Assembly (NCBI RefSeq): GCF_023055435.1
Contig: NW_025963779.1
Coordinates: 65,968,001 to 66,032,000, forward strand
Source: Haliotis rufescens
Lineage: Eukaryota
Direction: 5' to 3'
DNA length: 64,000 nucleotides
The first letter of the stretch is position 1. Each line of letters opens with the position of its first letter. Positions 26,005-38,300 of the stretch are shown here, one piece after another. The notes under the pieces are model-generated. The model searched no databases. It was given only the letters and a program-made list of their open reading frames with translations, and was not told the origin of the DNA. Made by a program: the position numbers and the translations under genes.

Positions 26005-26242
26005 TGTGAAGATCCGGGGTAGAATAGATCTTCAGCAACCCATGCTTGCCGTAAAAGGCGACTATGCTTGTCGTAAAAGGCGACTAACGGGATCCGGTGG
26101 TCAGGCTCGCTGACTTGGTTGATGCATGTCATCGATCCCAATTGCGTGGTTTTGCCTGGTCCAGACTAGATTATTTACAGACCGCCGTCATATAGCTGGA
26201 ATATTGCTGAGTGCGGCGTTAAACAACAAACCAACCAACCAA
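26005..26242 (+). mobile_element. Family 3 short retroposon
   Basis: GTGAAGATCCGGGGTAGAATAG...GTCGTAAAAGGCGACTAACGGG head, GCTGGAATATTGCTGAGTGCGGCGTTAAAC(AAC)n tail, imperfect TSD TTAA(A/G)CATTAT. Confidence 0.88.
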
Positions 26243-26876
26243 TTAAGCATTATCTGACCAGTGGCGTTGAGCGCCATTGTGAACGCCGATATCTCTTGAG
26301 GTGCCTGATTTTGGGCCGATAGGAGTTGATTGAGCTCAATGTATTCGCTGTTGTTTATTTTGCTCCATAGTTGCTGGGAAACGTATGATCCGTTGTTTAA
26401 GCTGTAGACAGAGTGTATTTTTTGCGGGTATGCCAACCTTGGTTGAATCATTTCAATTCCTAGATGCGAATGGATTGAGTGGTGTTGCTTGGGGCGGATG
26501 CATATTATGCATGTTATCAGTGCTTGTTGACCCTTCCCTGTTTGTTTGCGAGCGTTCGCGTGCCAATGTCTAGTCGTCCTTGATTGCTTAAAAACCTATC
26601 CCGCGTCGCCGTCTCATTGTCTACAAAGATATGCGTGTCCCCGTTTGTGAGCGTGCTGTTAGCAAGCATGGCTGGATTTGTTTGTGTGATGGTAGGTTTC
26701 ACTGTCGTGGCCAAGTTGGTATTACATGTATGCATAATATTGTGCGAATTGATACAGACTCAATCCTGCTGTGTTTTGGTCTACTCCATCTCCACCGCTA
26801 GATCCTATGGCGGTTGGCGCCTACGCGTCTGCTCCAAACACATAACTCCTCCTTATCCCCGTCCTACTGGCTTTTA

Positions 26877-27052
26877 CCCGTGAAGATCCGGGGTAGAATA
26901 GGTCTTCAGGAACCCATGCGTGTCGCTAGAAGCGACTATGCTTGTCGTAAGAGGCGACTAATGCATGTCATCGTATCACAATTGCGTAGATTGATGCTCA
27001 TGATATCAATCACTGGAGTGTCTGGTCCACCAAACCAAACCAAACCAAAACT
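26877..27052 (+). mobile_element. Family 3 short retroposon, internally deleted
   Basis: Starts CCCGTGAAGATCC; 11-bp TSD TACTGGCTTTT at 26865-26875 and 27053-27063. Confidence 0.85.
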
Positions 27053-27294
27053 TACTGGCTTTTGGACCTTTTACTAGTGAGTGGGCCAGCGGCTACTTTC
27101 CTTATGGGACATGGAGGAGGTGAAATTATTAACACCCGGACGTAACGGTTTGGGAGTAAATTGAGTAACGTCATATGACCATGGGTAGTGACGTCGAGGT
27201 CCTTTGGGGCTCTTACGTCGGGTTCAGCATTATTGCACTTAGGTCGCGACGTTCATATAACATTGATAACATTCTACATGCTAGTGTGTATCAC

Positions 27295-27540
27295 TGTTTT
27301 AACAGTATTCCAGTTATATCACAGCGTGTCACCTTAATGTGGGAGAAAAGCCCTAAGTGATGCAGGACGTTTACCACTTCGGTGAAATCCACGAGTACGG
27401 GTATGGTGCTGACAAACCTAAAACATAATCGGGGCGAACCGGGATTCGAACCCACAATCAAAGGTTTCTGGCGTGCCCAAGGGACGCAACTCTGCACAGC
27501 GAATTGCGGCGCCTCAATCGACTGGGCCAGCTATGCCCCC
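27295..27540 (-). mobile_element. tRNA-derived SINE family 4
   Basis: A box TGGCCCAGTCG and B box GGTTCGAATCC; second copy at 53230-53482; tail GCTGTGATATAACTGGAATACTGTTAAAAC. Confidence 0.75.
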
Positions 27541-29357
27541 TGTTACACAATGCATTTATACAGTAACTTGAACGTTGATTTAGCATTTATATCTCCGGGT
27601 GAGTGATACAAATCAATAAGAAGCAGGTGTGTAATAAGCATTTTATTCGCCCTAGAGCAGTGTTGACGTTATGCAGACACCATTTGTGATGTAATACAAT
27701 ATAATTGTTGAAGTGATGTGTGATGACATTGCTGTCTGTCTTTGTTAACATCATATTGACACTGCAAGCTTATCGTTACGTTTTGTAATAGTGTAAACAC
27801 GTGATAACATGGGCCGTATTGGCCAGATTAGTGCGTACATGTTGCCTGGAAATAGGTCATTTTGATACACGTGAATCGTGGCGTCTCAGACGACTGGGCC
27901 ACCCTGCCCTGTTTCAACCTTGAGATAACAGTCCATGATCGACTTATCAGCAAAGAATGTTGATGACATACAATCAACCACGTCACCACTGGATACATTG
28001 TAGTCGCCTCTTACGACAAGCAACACGAATTATATATTCAAATATGATCACTGACACCTGGATTTTTGTGCATTGAAAATCTATATACATTTACATGACA
28101 AGGTATCATATACAGTCACATCAAAACGTAATCTGAAAACTTTTTCTCTCATTAGTTTTTATTAAGAAAAATAATTGAGTGAGGTCGGATGATTTTATCT
28201 ATTTCAGTTTTAAGACACGCATAATTCCTTAAAAAGAGCATTCTGTATATTAGATGTTAATAGCCTAATATAAAAGGCTAAAATCTAAAGTGGTATAAAG
28301 TAGTGTCTTGAGAACTCTTGCAAACACAACTGATGAAAAGACTTCATTATTACTTGGAAAAGAATCCAGGTAACTGATCGGCCAGTTGTCATCGTGTAAA
28401 AATCCATACAAGCCAGATGGCCTGTATGTATGGATATCAATGTCATAATGTTTGATGTAACAACACATGCTTGTAAAGTCCCTGTTCACACTTGGAGTAA
28501 CCATACTCCGATGAGTCCCATGGCGGTCTCATTATAGACATACATGTATATATCTTTGAAAATAACTCTACGTGAAGTGTAGACGTTTCAACAGCAAATG
28601 TGGCGGATTTTACGAACTGAACGTTCGCATACATCCGTCGAATGACTGACTATCAAGACTAACAATATGATTCCTGTATCACGGCTTGACATAAAGCAAG
28701 GCGATACACAGATGCTACCACAGCGCTAACCTGTCAACTGTGTACATGTGTGGCACTTTAGTAAGGCAAGCTGGGATACACACCGGTAATTATTATGCTG
28801 CATCGTGAACACAGGTGTAACAAAAAATACAAATTCGCACCAATCACCCTTCAAAACATATTTATAATTCTCAAAACTATTTTCTCATCAAGTAAAAAGA
28901 AAACAAAATATTTACCTGTATCATTTTAGTAGCGACAGTAACATTTATCAGGTTGATAAGGTTGATGTTACTGCAAGGGATGTCATCTGCTTTTTTCGTA
29001 TGATTAAGTATCAAGTCCGCCTTAACTAAGGTGTCCCTCTGTACACATTACTATAAGGGGCAGTTATACATTTGTGGTGTTTTTTTATAGCTTAACGAAA
29101 GAATCTAGTCCCATTGCTCTGACAATTTCAGTAAGATAAATTAAACTTGCCACACGTCAGAGAATCTACTTTACATCTGATATTAATCTTTATTTCATGC
29201 ATGTTTTCTTAATGATATAATATATCAATAATATCTCATGTGTTTCAACCATGGATCTGAGCATTCCATATTTTCCTAAGAAACTCTCCTGCGTTTCTGC
29301 GATGGCTTACCTAAGAAAATCGCATCTGTTTCTACCATGGATCTGCGCGTTACATAT

Positions 29358-32300
29358 TTACTTTAGAAAATCAGTCATGTGTCTGTTTACTTGGTCCGGA
29401 GTGTCAATAATAACCTGGTGACATGCCTCCTCTATGTATTTGACCGTGTGATTGTCTACAACAGCACTAGCAGCAGCGGCCAGGCCTGTCTCAAGGGCGG
29501 CATCCTTGCAGCCCCAGATTGTCAGCACAGGGCAAGAGATCTTAGGGATCCTTCTCACAGGGAACTGGATTTTGGCTCGATAGTAATTGATGGCAGCTGT
29601 GGCAGCACCTGAGGTAGGAAACAAGGGCTAACATGGAAAATACATTGTTAAATAAATAAAAATAAGAGCGACAAAATCCTCTCCATATTCAAAAGAAATA
29701 TATGCCAAAAGCAGAGTCGTTTGTACGATTCCGACAATATGATGAGCAAGTGTTTATGAGTCACTGTGAAATAGTGATGATATATGGTGTTCGCATATCT
29801 GCACGAGTCTTTATAAATATAAGTCGCAGTGCCACAAGCTACGGGAGTTCCATGCTATCTAGGCAATACTAAAATCAGAACCCACTGTGGAGATTCAAGG
29901 TTAGAATAGGTGCCCAAACAATCTGCATGACTTGCTGGCTGATCGAAGAAAAAATCTTCTCTGCTCTAGGCATTACTAAAATCTAAACCCAAAGTGGGCA
30001 TTCCAGGTAAGAATAGGTTCTGTTCGAAACAACCTGTTCTTGTAGCATGAGGCGACTAAATCCTTTGGGTAGTCAGGCAAGATGAATTAGCTGACTGCGT
30101 GTTATCATGCCCCGACGGTGAGAAATGATGTTCATAACGTCAACCACTGGTTTATCTGGTCAAGACTTTATACAGGCCGCATGTACCTGTATGTTCTTGA
30201 TATATATATACCTGTACTATTTCTGAGTATGTGATCCAATAACAAACCAGCTCTGTGCACAAGAGCCCCTGGCCCCTGAAAGAACACATGATCCTACATG
30301 GATCCTATATTTATGTTACCTTGGTCTTCATTCCACAAAGCGATCTTAGCGCAAAGACCAACGTAAATCCCATACTGTAACACAGATGTACAACAACCGA
30401 CGTGCTGAGATAACTTTGTGGAACAGGGCCTTTATATTCACTGGCAATTGACCCTTTGGCCCCTGTGTTCCTACAACTACTTGAAGCTCCGGACGGAGAC
30501 GAATGTAACACTTACACTGTCCATGTACGTCGAAGTACGAGAAGTTAAAATATCAATGGCCGATATCATTANNNNNNNNNNNNNNNNNNNNNNNNNNNNN
30601 NNNNNNNNNNNNNNNNNNNNNNNNNNNNNNNNNNNNNNNNNNNNNNNNNNNNNNNNNNNNNNNNNNNNNNNNNNNNNNNNNNNNNNNNNNNNNNNNNNNN
30701 NNNNNNNNNNNNNNNNNNNNNNNNNNNNNNNNNNNNNNNNNNNNNNNTTCAACAATGCGATCTTAGCGATACGTTTTTCATAAGTCATAAGTCTGTGTTA
30801 CAGTATGTGAGCTACGATCGTCTTAGCGCAAAGACCGCTTAGAGGAACGGGACCCTGTACACCAACAGCCGCGGTAGCCACTGCTCATTTGCGTTTAAAA
30901 GGATTGTTCTGAGAAACATGTACAATCTCTGTCAGCAACTTGACCTATCCTATTTTAACATGCCCTATTTGGAACGTAATGCTACTAATGCATGTATAAG
31001 TGCAATAATCTTTAATCTTTAACGCGACGTTTAACTCCATATCACCTCACCTCAAAGAACGTCATACGACTTTTGCTGAGTTGCTACAACATTCACGGCC
31101 TCGGTAAAGCTTTCCAAAAGTGTTTTAGTTGACATTTGAACGACATTGGACGAATTTGACGAATCAGTGACAAACATTATGTCCGATGCAAGGGGGGGCA
31201 GGATATTCTCACCTTTTCGCGAAAACCAGGTACTATCATTATTTGATAGTGACTCATAAACACGTGCTCATGTTATGGTCGGATATATACATCCCAATGG
31301 AAATAAGCTCATATTATGCCACTTTTCAAAAAGGTGATCCAACACTATCATCAATTTATAGACCAGTATCTTTGATTAACTGTATCGAACAAGTTGTGTT
31401 CAAGCACTTGCACAATTATTTTCATGTTCACTTGTTGTTGAACAAATACCAATCAGGATTCCAAGCCGGTCACTCGACCGTCCACCAACTGGTGGAATTA
31501 TATAATCAAGTGTGCAAAGTAGTCGTTAACAAAGAGTTCTAGTGTATGGTATTCTTGTGATATTTCAAAAGTGTTTGATACAGTATGGCGGAGTGGGCTT
31601 AAATAGACATGTTATTGTATAAACGATGAATTCCTGGAGCTCGCAATCAAATGGAACATTGTCTGATACTGAAAAGTATGGTGTGCCACAGGGATCGGTA
31701 CTTGGCCTTTTCCTGTTCCTTGTGTACATCAATGATATTACTGATAAATTGAACTGTTCAATAAGATTGTTGCCGACGACGCATCCATGGGCATATCATC
31801 TAACAACACTGAATATATAGAAAATACTATGAATGGCAATTTAAACAAAGTTAATGAATGGGCTCAAAACTGGCTAATTCTTTATCATCCCAGCAAAACA
31901 AAATCAAATCTTATTTTCACAAAAGAGCAGCATCGAACTCTGAAATTATTTTTGGATAATGAAAACATTGAACATGTTAAAACTCACAAACACATGGGTA
32001 TTATGTTGCCGTCATCGTTAAGTGGTTTTGTCATAAAGACTCAATAATTAAAACTCCATCAAAGATGATTCGTCCAATCTTGAGAAAGCTTAAGTTTATG
32101 CTCAGTCGTAGTGTGTTGAACAAGGTGTATGTATTGTTTATTAAGCCACATTCTGAATATGGATGTGAAGTTTGGGACGGTTGTACCAAAGAGTAGAGTG
32201 ACAGATTAGGAAAACTCCAACTAGAAGCAGCAAGAATTGTAACTGGTCTACCAAGCTATTCTTCTGTCAAATAATTATATTTGGAAAGTTCCCGTGAACC

Positions 32301-35300
32301 CTTATCAGAGCGTAGGGGAAAACGTAAATTGTGTTTATTTTAAAAATTATATAACAATACACACCGTCATACCTTAAAGATCTATTACCTCACTCCGTCG
32401 GGACAAACATTCCACACAACCTTAGAACTGCTCATAACATAACTATGCCTTTATTACGAACAAGATTTATGAAAACTTGTACTCGTTTATACCATCATCT
32501 ATTATAATGTGGAATACCTTACCAATTCAACAAAGGAGCATGGAAACCTCTCGATTTAAAACCAGTGTAAGAACAGATAAATCTACTGTTCCATCAATTC
32601 TCTTTATCCGGGTGCATGTAGGCTATCGGGCCATATTACATTGTTACAGCAATATTTCATCATATTTCTCATATGGTCTCAGGAAAATTAACATAATACA
32701 AACATAATTAAGACGTGGTGATAGTGAATTAACAAAATGACCTAGAAAAGGTTAATACGATGATCCAAAATGCCGATTTGGCAGCCTATGTGAAAATTAA
32801 TGTCAGTTTTTCATTGAATGTCCATTCACTATTGTTTATTGTGAAAGATACTTGTGATGTTACTATTGACCTGATGCTGGTTGGCAATGCAGTTTTACCT
32901 AATCATGTAAAGGAAAACATTTTAGGAATGCACATACATATATAAAGAAAACAAAAGGGTTGAGTGAGCAATGTTAATGTACATACGTTTCTCTATTTCT
33001 TTTCTTTCCTTTCTGTTATTAAATTTATTAATTGTAAATATGCATGTTTATAAATCTATGGGAGAGGGCATTCTAAGTTGTAATAACTTGTGCCCAATCC
33101 TTTTCATGAGAATAAAATATGTTTAAACTATGGTCGGAATCGTCCAATCGATTTCTTATGAATATGGAAATGGTTTTGTCTTTTGTATTCTAACAATCTA
33201 TTAAAGCAGCCTATTAAATCTGGGGCATAGCAACAATCTCCACAATAATCAGTTGAACCTAGGACATTGCCACACGTACGGCCTTGCAATGCCATCTACA
33301 GCTTGAGTAGGTTATAGGACTCCTCCTACTGCCACATCTCTATCCAAGAAGTTGTACTCCTATTACTATAGTATTTTAGCTTTTAACCATTACGTTGTAA
33401 TTACCTGGTCTAGAGAAAGCATATTTGTAGGCCTCTACATCCTCAGTGTTACATGTCTCTGTGAAGATGATTTCCAGAATTTTCATGTCATTCCTTCTCA
33501 GCATAAACTCGGGAAGAAATGGAACTTGGAAAAAGAAAGTGTACCTGAAACAAATAATGCGTTTTGTATGGTACTCGGAAAATGACAAGGATGATATAAT
33601 CTACTGGAAGCCGAAAATGGGGCCGCTGTAGCTCTGTAGCTCAGATAAAGTCTTTTGTAATGTAGTATTACGATTATTCGGTCAGAAAGGTAATACAAGG
33701 GTAAAGAAATATCAGAAACAACAGAAGTATGTATACGACAGATTTCCCCACATCACGTTATTCACATAATGACGCATGCATGACCGGCTTTGTAGACGCC
33801 AAGAAATACACATCCATCGTGATTGCTATGGTACAGATGACAGCACCAGCCGCAGCTGAACATGACGATCAAAAGGTCACAAATTCCACAAAAGTTAACA
33901 ATTGTTAGTATCAGTTACCACGTCACTGCATATCACAAATTCATAACAATATATATATAGACATGCCTGGGACAAGAATAACATTTTGCCATATGGCTGC
34001 CATCATGGTCATGTTTCAACTGGAAACTACTTTGGGGACAATTTTATTGAGATACCACAGCTGGAATCATATACTGTGAATCATGAAATTAATGCGAGCA
34101 TAGAATTCACGAATCTCCCTTGCTCGCATTAAATAGAGGACGCATTCTCCTCTGGACATATCACCTTCACTGCACATGTGTCAAGTATAGCCATTTTGTT
34201 TACAACATGATCAAGTAGTTCGAACAGTCGTATGCTGTATGGGTTGGGATCTTTGTTCCTGGTAACCTTGTCAAATAATCTGTNNNNNNNNNNNNNNNNN
34301 NNNNNNNNNNNNNNNNNNNNNNNNNNNNNNNNNNNNNNNNNNNNNNNNNNNNNNNNNNNNNNNNNNNNNNNNNNNNNNNNNNNNNNNNNNNNNNNNNNNN
34401 NNNNNNNNNNNNNNNNNNNNNNNNNNNNNNNNNNNNNNNNTTCAACAATGCGATCTTGGCGATACGTTTTTCATAAGTCATAAGTCTGTGTTACAGTATG
34501 TGAGCTACGGTCGTCTTAGCGCAAAGACCGCTTAGAGGAACGGGGCCCTGTACACCAACAGCCGCGGTAGCCACTGCTCATTTACATTTAAAAGGATTGT
34601 TCTGAGAAACATGTACAATCTCTGTCAGCAACTTGACCTATCTTATTTTAACATGCCCTATTTGGAACGTAATGCTACTAATTTCATGGCAAGTAGATCA
34701 AGTTTATGAAGATGGGAGGGGAGCTATCATCTCATACTTTATCATGGAAAATATCAGTCTACAGTCGTAGTGTTATTGTTTTCTAAAAATTGTCATTGTA
34801 GAGTTACTCGCACTTGTCTTATGACGCATTCTTGGCTAAGGGCGACACTCACTTTAATTTAGGGAAGCATTAGTTTCAGGGTAAGTACACAACATTCAAT
34901 AAAAAAAGCACAGCGGTTTCAAGTGAGATTTCGTAAATGACGTGAAACGTGACCCTACCTCAAGTGAGCCAAAAATATTCTTCCTAATGAAATCCCAATG
35001 TACCAGTGTATAACCAATATCAACTATTCAAGACATTAAAAACCTTTCTCTCTTGCTATGGTCTTGTAGGTGGGGTCTAATCAGGCTTTAAGAAGCATCT
35101 CATGTGGACTCATGGGTGAACTGTTCCCATGGTTACCATTGGTAGCTAAAAGACATATAGTTCTGTGCCGTTAGCCAGTGCAAAAGAGAATCAATATAGT
35201 TTTGTTACCAAGATTTCCTGAACTGCGACAAATGCTTCCACATGTAGCTGTAAAAGATGCCAGGATGGGGACAGTTCATTACAATCAGTTTGTCGACCAG

Positions 35301-38300
35301 TTCTGGGTGCATGGCAGTGAATGTCCAGGCAATAACGCCACCCCAGTCATGGGCTACCAGCACACATGATTTGTAACCTAAAGGACAGAAGCAGGTGAAA
35401 TATACAGTGTTCTCATGTCTAGATTCCACACAACATAAGAGAGGAATTAAAATACATATATTTATCTAAATATTTATCACGCTTATGTTCATTCATTTGG
35501 TAAATGTATACATATATATTGTAATATCTTTGTGCAGGCTGATTGTTGATTTACAAGGAAAAACTAAAATGCTCAAAAAGTTTGAAGTTTACTACTTTTT
35601 TCAAGAACAATATTCCATACATCCATTGATAAACTAGAACCAGGAATTCTATGCCATAGCAAAATATTTAACCTTTGTTTCATTTTTCTTTAGGAATCAG
35701 CACAACTCTAATTCTAATTCTAAATTGATAAAAATCAGACAGCGCTTGGTTCACTGGTGTACAAAGTTACAAACAGAAATATCAAACCTATCTTCAGCAT
35801 GTTCAGTTCAACGCTTCCAAACTGAACTACAGCTTGATCGTGTCGATATATCCCTGCATTGATTACATGGTGGGGGATATAAATATCACTATCATGACAA
35901 AGGTGGTTGCATTGTTTTTCGTTTGGTTATTTGTTTGTTATGAAGAGACGCAATATTCAAGCTACATGACGACGGCATATACATAACTGAGTCTGGTGAC
36001 AATCCAGTAACTGGTTTTAAAGTCAGGGCACGATGACACACAATCTACCAAGTCACCGATCTTTACCATCAATCCATTAAGTCGCCCCTTACAAACAGCT
36101 GGCATCAAATACTAACCCGGAATTGCTCAAGGTAGATTTTAATGTTACCTAGAGCAGGGATGACTTGTTTAAGATCGGCCACCATCTTGGACACCTTGTA
36201 ATTGGCAACACCGGAAGGCTTGTCGGAGTCTCCATAGCCTCTCAAATCAATAGCCACAACCCTGGGGGAAAATAACACAGGCCTTCAAACTTGTGATGTG
36301 ATTAGAATGGAGAAACAAAAACAAATGCCATAGGTATCAGTGTGTAGGGAACCACAAAGTGCTTTCAACATGTTTGTAAAACCAGTAGATGTCTGATAAA
36401 ACTGGTAGGTTTAACAGAGCTGGTAACTGTCTGATGGGTGGTTACGTTTTGATAATACGTTCCGCCCTGACGGGGTGGGTAACACTTATGTTTTGATAGT
36501 CCATTACTCTCAGATAGGATGGCTTACTTTCTGAAAGGTAGTTATGTCTTTATAGACTGTTACCTTATCATAGGGCAGGTACCTTTCTGATAATGACGGT
36601 CACGCTTGGATAGTCAGTACCTTTCTGATAGAGTGGACCACTCTCTGAAGAGGCTGATTATGTTCTGGTGGGAGCTTTCTGATTAAGATGGAAACAGGTC
36701 TTTGACTTTGATGTGGGAAGAAGATCCCAGAGTGCTGCAGATATCGATATTAGACGTTTTCAACTGTGGCCATGACTTAGAACCAAAGATCACAGGTTTC
36801 CTCTGCTCAGCAAATTGGACAATTGATTCAATATATCGGGTTTACTTCACAACTGTTAATATGTCATCACTATCATCATGATCTTATTCGAAATACTCGG
36901 TAAACATAGTAAATCAGTCTAATGAAAGCTGTCATTATCACCTGTAATCCTTCTTGAACTTCCGCAGCTGGTATCGCCATGAGTACCAGAACTCTGGGAA
37001 CCCATGCACGAACAGCATCAGCGGCTTGGTCTCGTCGCCCTGGGCAACGTAGTGGATCCTTACCTCCTGACGTTAGAAAAGCACTATAGACATGGTGCAG
37101 TATTTGCATACATTTGATTCGAAACAAATGGGTCACAAACCTTTTATGGATAATAATTTAACCGGTTTCACGTCTATTAATTCTACATATCCTATCAACG
37201 ACTTTTGTATGTCATGTCATTAATAAAACTTAATAACGAACGCATAAACAGAATTAATATGATTAACTTCACTGATAACGAAAAACAATACTGGCATTGT
37301 TGGCTTCTTCATAAATTTTCATAATAACAATAATATACTCAACAACAAAAATTCCTGTGACACCAATATTTTAGTGTATTTTTCAAACAAGTAAAGTTTT
37401 CAATCTGGTAGTACATGTATGGAATCAAGTCACAAAAAACGCAACTGCTACAGAAAAGCATGCATTCCATGCAAAAGTTGACTTTTATGCAAGCCCCATG
37501 CATTTCACTACCCAAGAATGGGTATTAAAAACATATGCATTAACGGGATTCCATATGCATTGTTTTGTATCGTACTAACAACAACCACTCAGAAAAACAA
37601 CAAAATTTCGCAATTATTAAACATTACGAAATGCCACGCCTGTCCGAAAATGAGCTTCTGCGAGCCATTGGTATGCTTGAAGCAGGATCGAGTCAACGTG
37701 ATGTTGCAAGACAATTTAACGTCAACGGAAACACCATTTGGTGTTTATGGCAACGTTGGCAACAGACGAATGCAGTCAGAGTTCATCCTCGGAGTGACAG
37801 GCCACGTGTAACCAATAATCGACAAGACAACTTGATTCGTACAACACACCTAAGAAATCGATTCCAGCCAGCAAAAGTGACTGCAAGAAGCACCCCTGGA
37901 CTTCGTCGAATATCTTCACAAACCGTACGTCGTCGCCTCAGATGTGCAGGGATTGTTGCCAGAAGACCCACCAGACGTCACATTTTGACAGGACGGCCAT
38001 GCAGTGGGGACAAGTTCTATTCACTGACGAGTCTCGTGTTCACCTCAGCCTAAGCGATGGACGGATTCGAGTGTACCGACGTCGAGGTGAACGTTACGTC
38101 AATCATTGTGTCATGGAAGAAGATCGGTTCGGGGGCGGCAGCGTTATGCTATGGTGTGGGATTACAGCAAGACAGAGGACCCGTTTGATAGTGGTAGTGG
38201 TCTTAATGGATAGCGCTACCGCGACGAGATCATCGGCCCTGTTGTTCTACCGTTTTTGCGTCGTCATGGCCCAGGCATTACCTTTCAACATGACAACGCC

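Larger units (their letters stand above)
25250..27270 (-). mobile_element. DIRS/Ngaro (tyrosine-recombinase retrotransposon) relic: gag plus RT start
   Basis: gag-like KINNSEYIELNQLL, DPSRSWWAIDGYLWL and CLDFN; RT-start motif KFRLIHHRSYLEGESVNDY near 25280-25335. Interrupted by two family-3 copies. Confidence 0.7.

Noticed and set aside
28300-28650. Possible extra exon conserved downstream of B, C and D
   Set aside because: No shared open frame or splice signals; explained as co-duplicated flank.
30418-30788. ORFs spanning N runs (also 34200-34483)
   Set aside because: Artefacts of translating gaps.
36876-37136. Repeated off-frame or antisense ORFs over exons (also 55593-55841, 6887-7123, 29379-29612, 58270-58536, 59544-59798)
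   Set aside because: Their similarity follows from conservation of the real EH exons; no independent evidence of coding.
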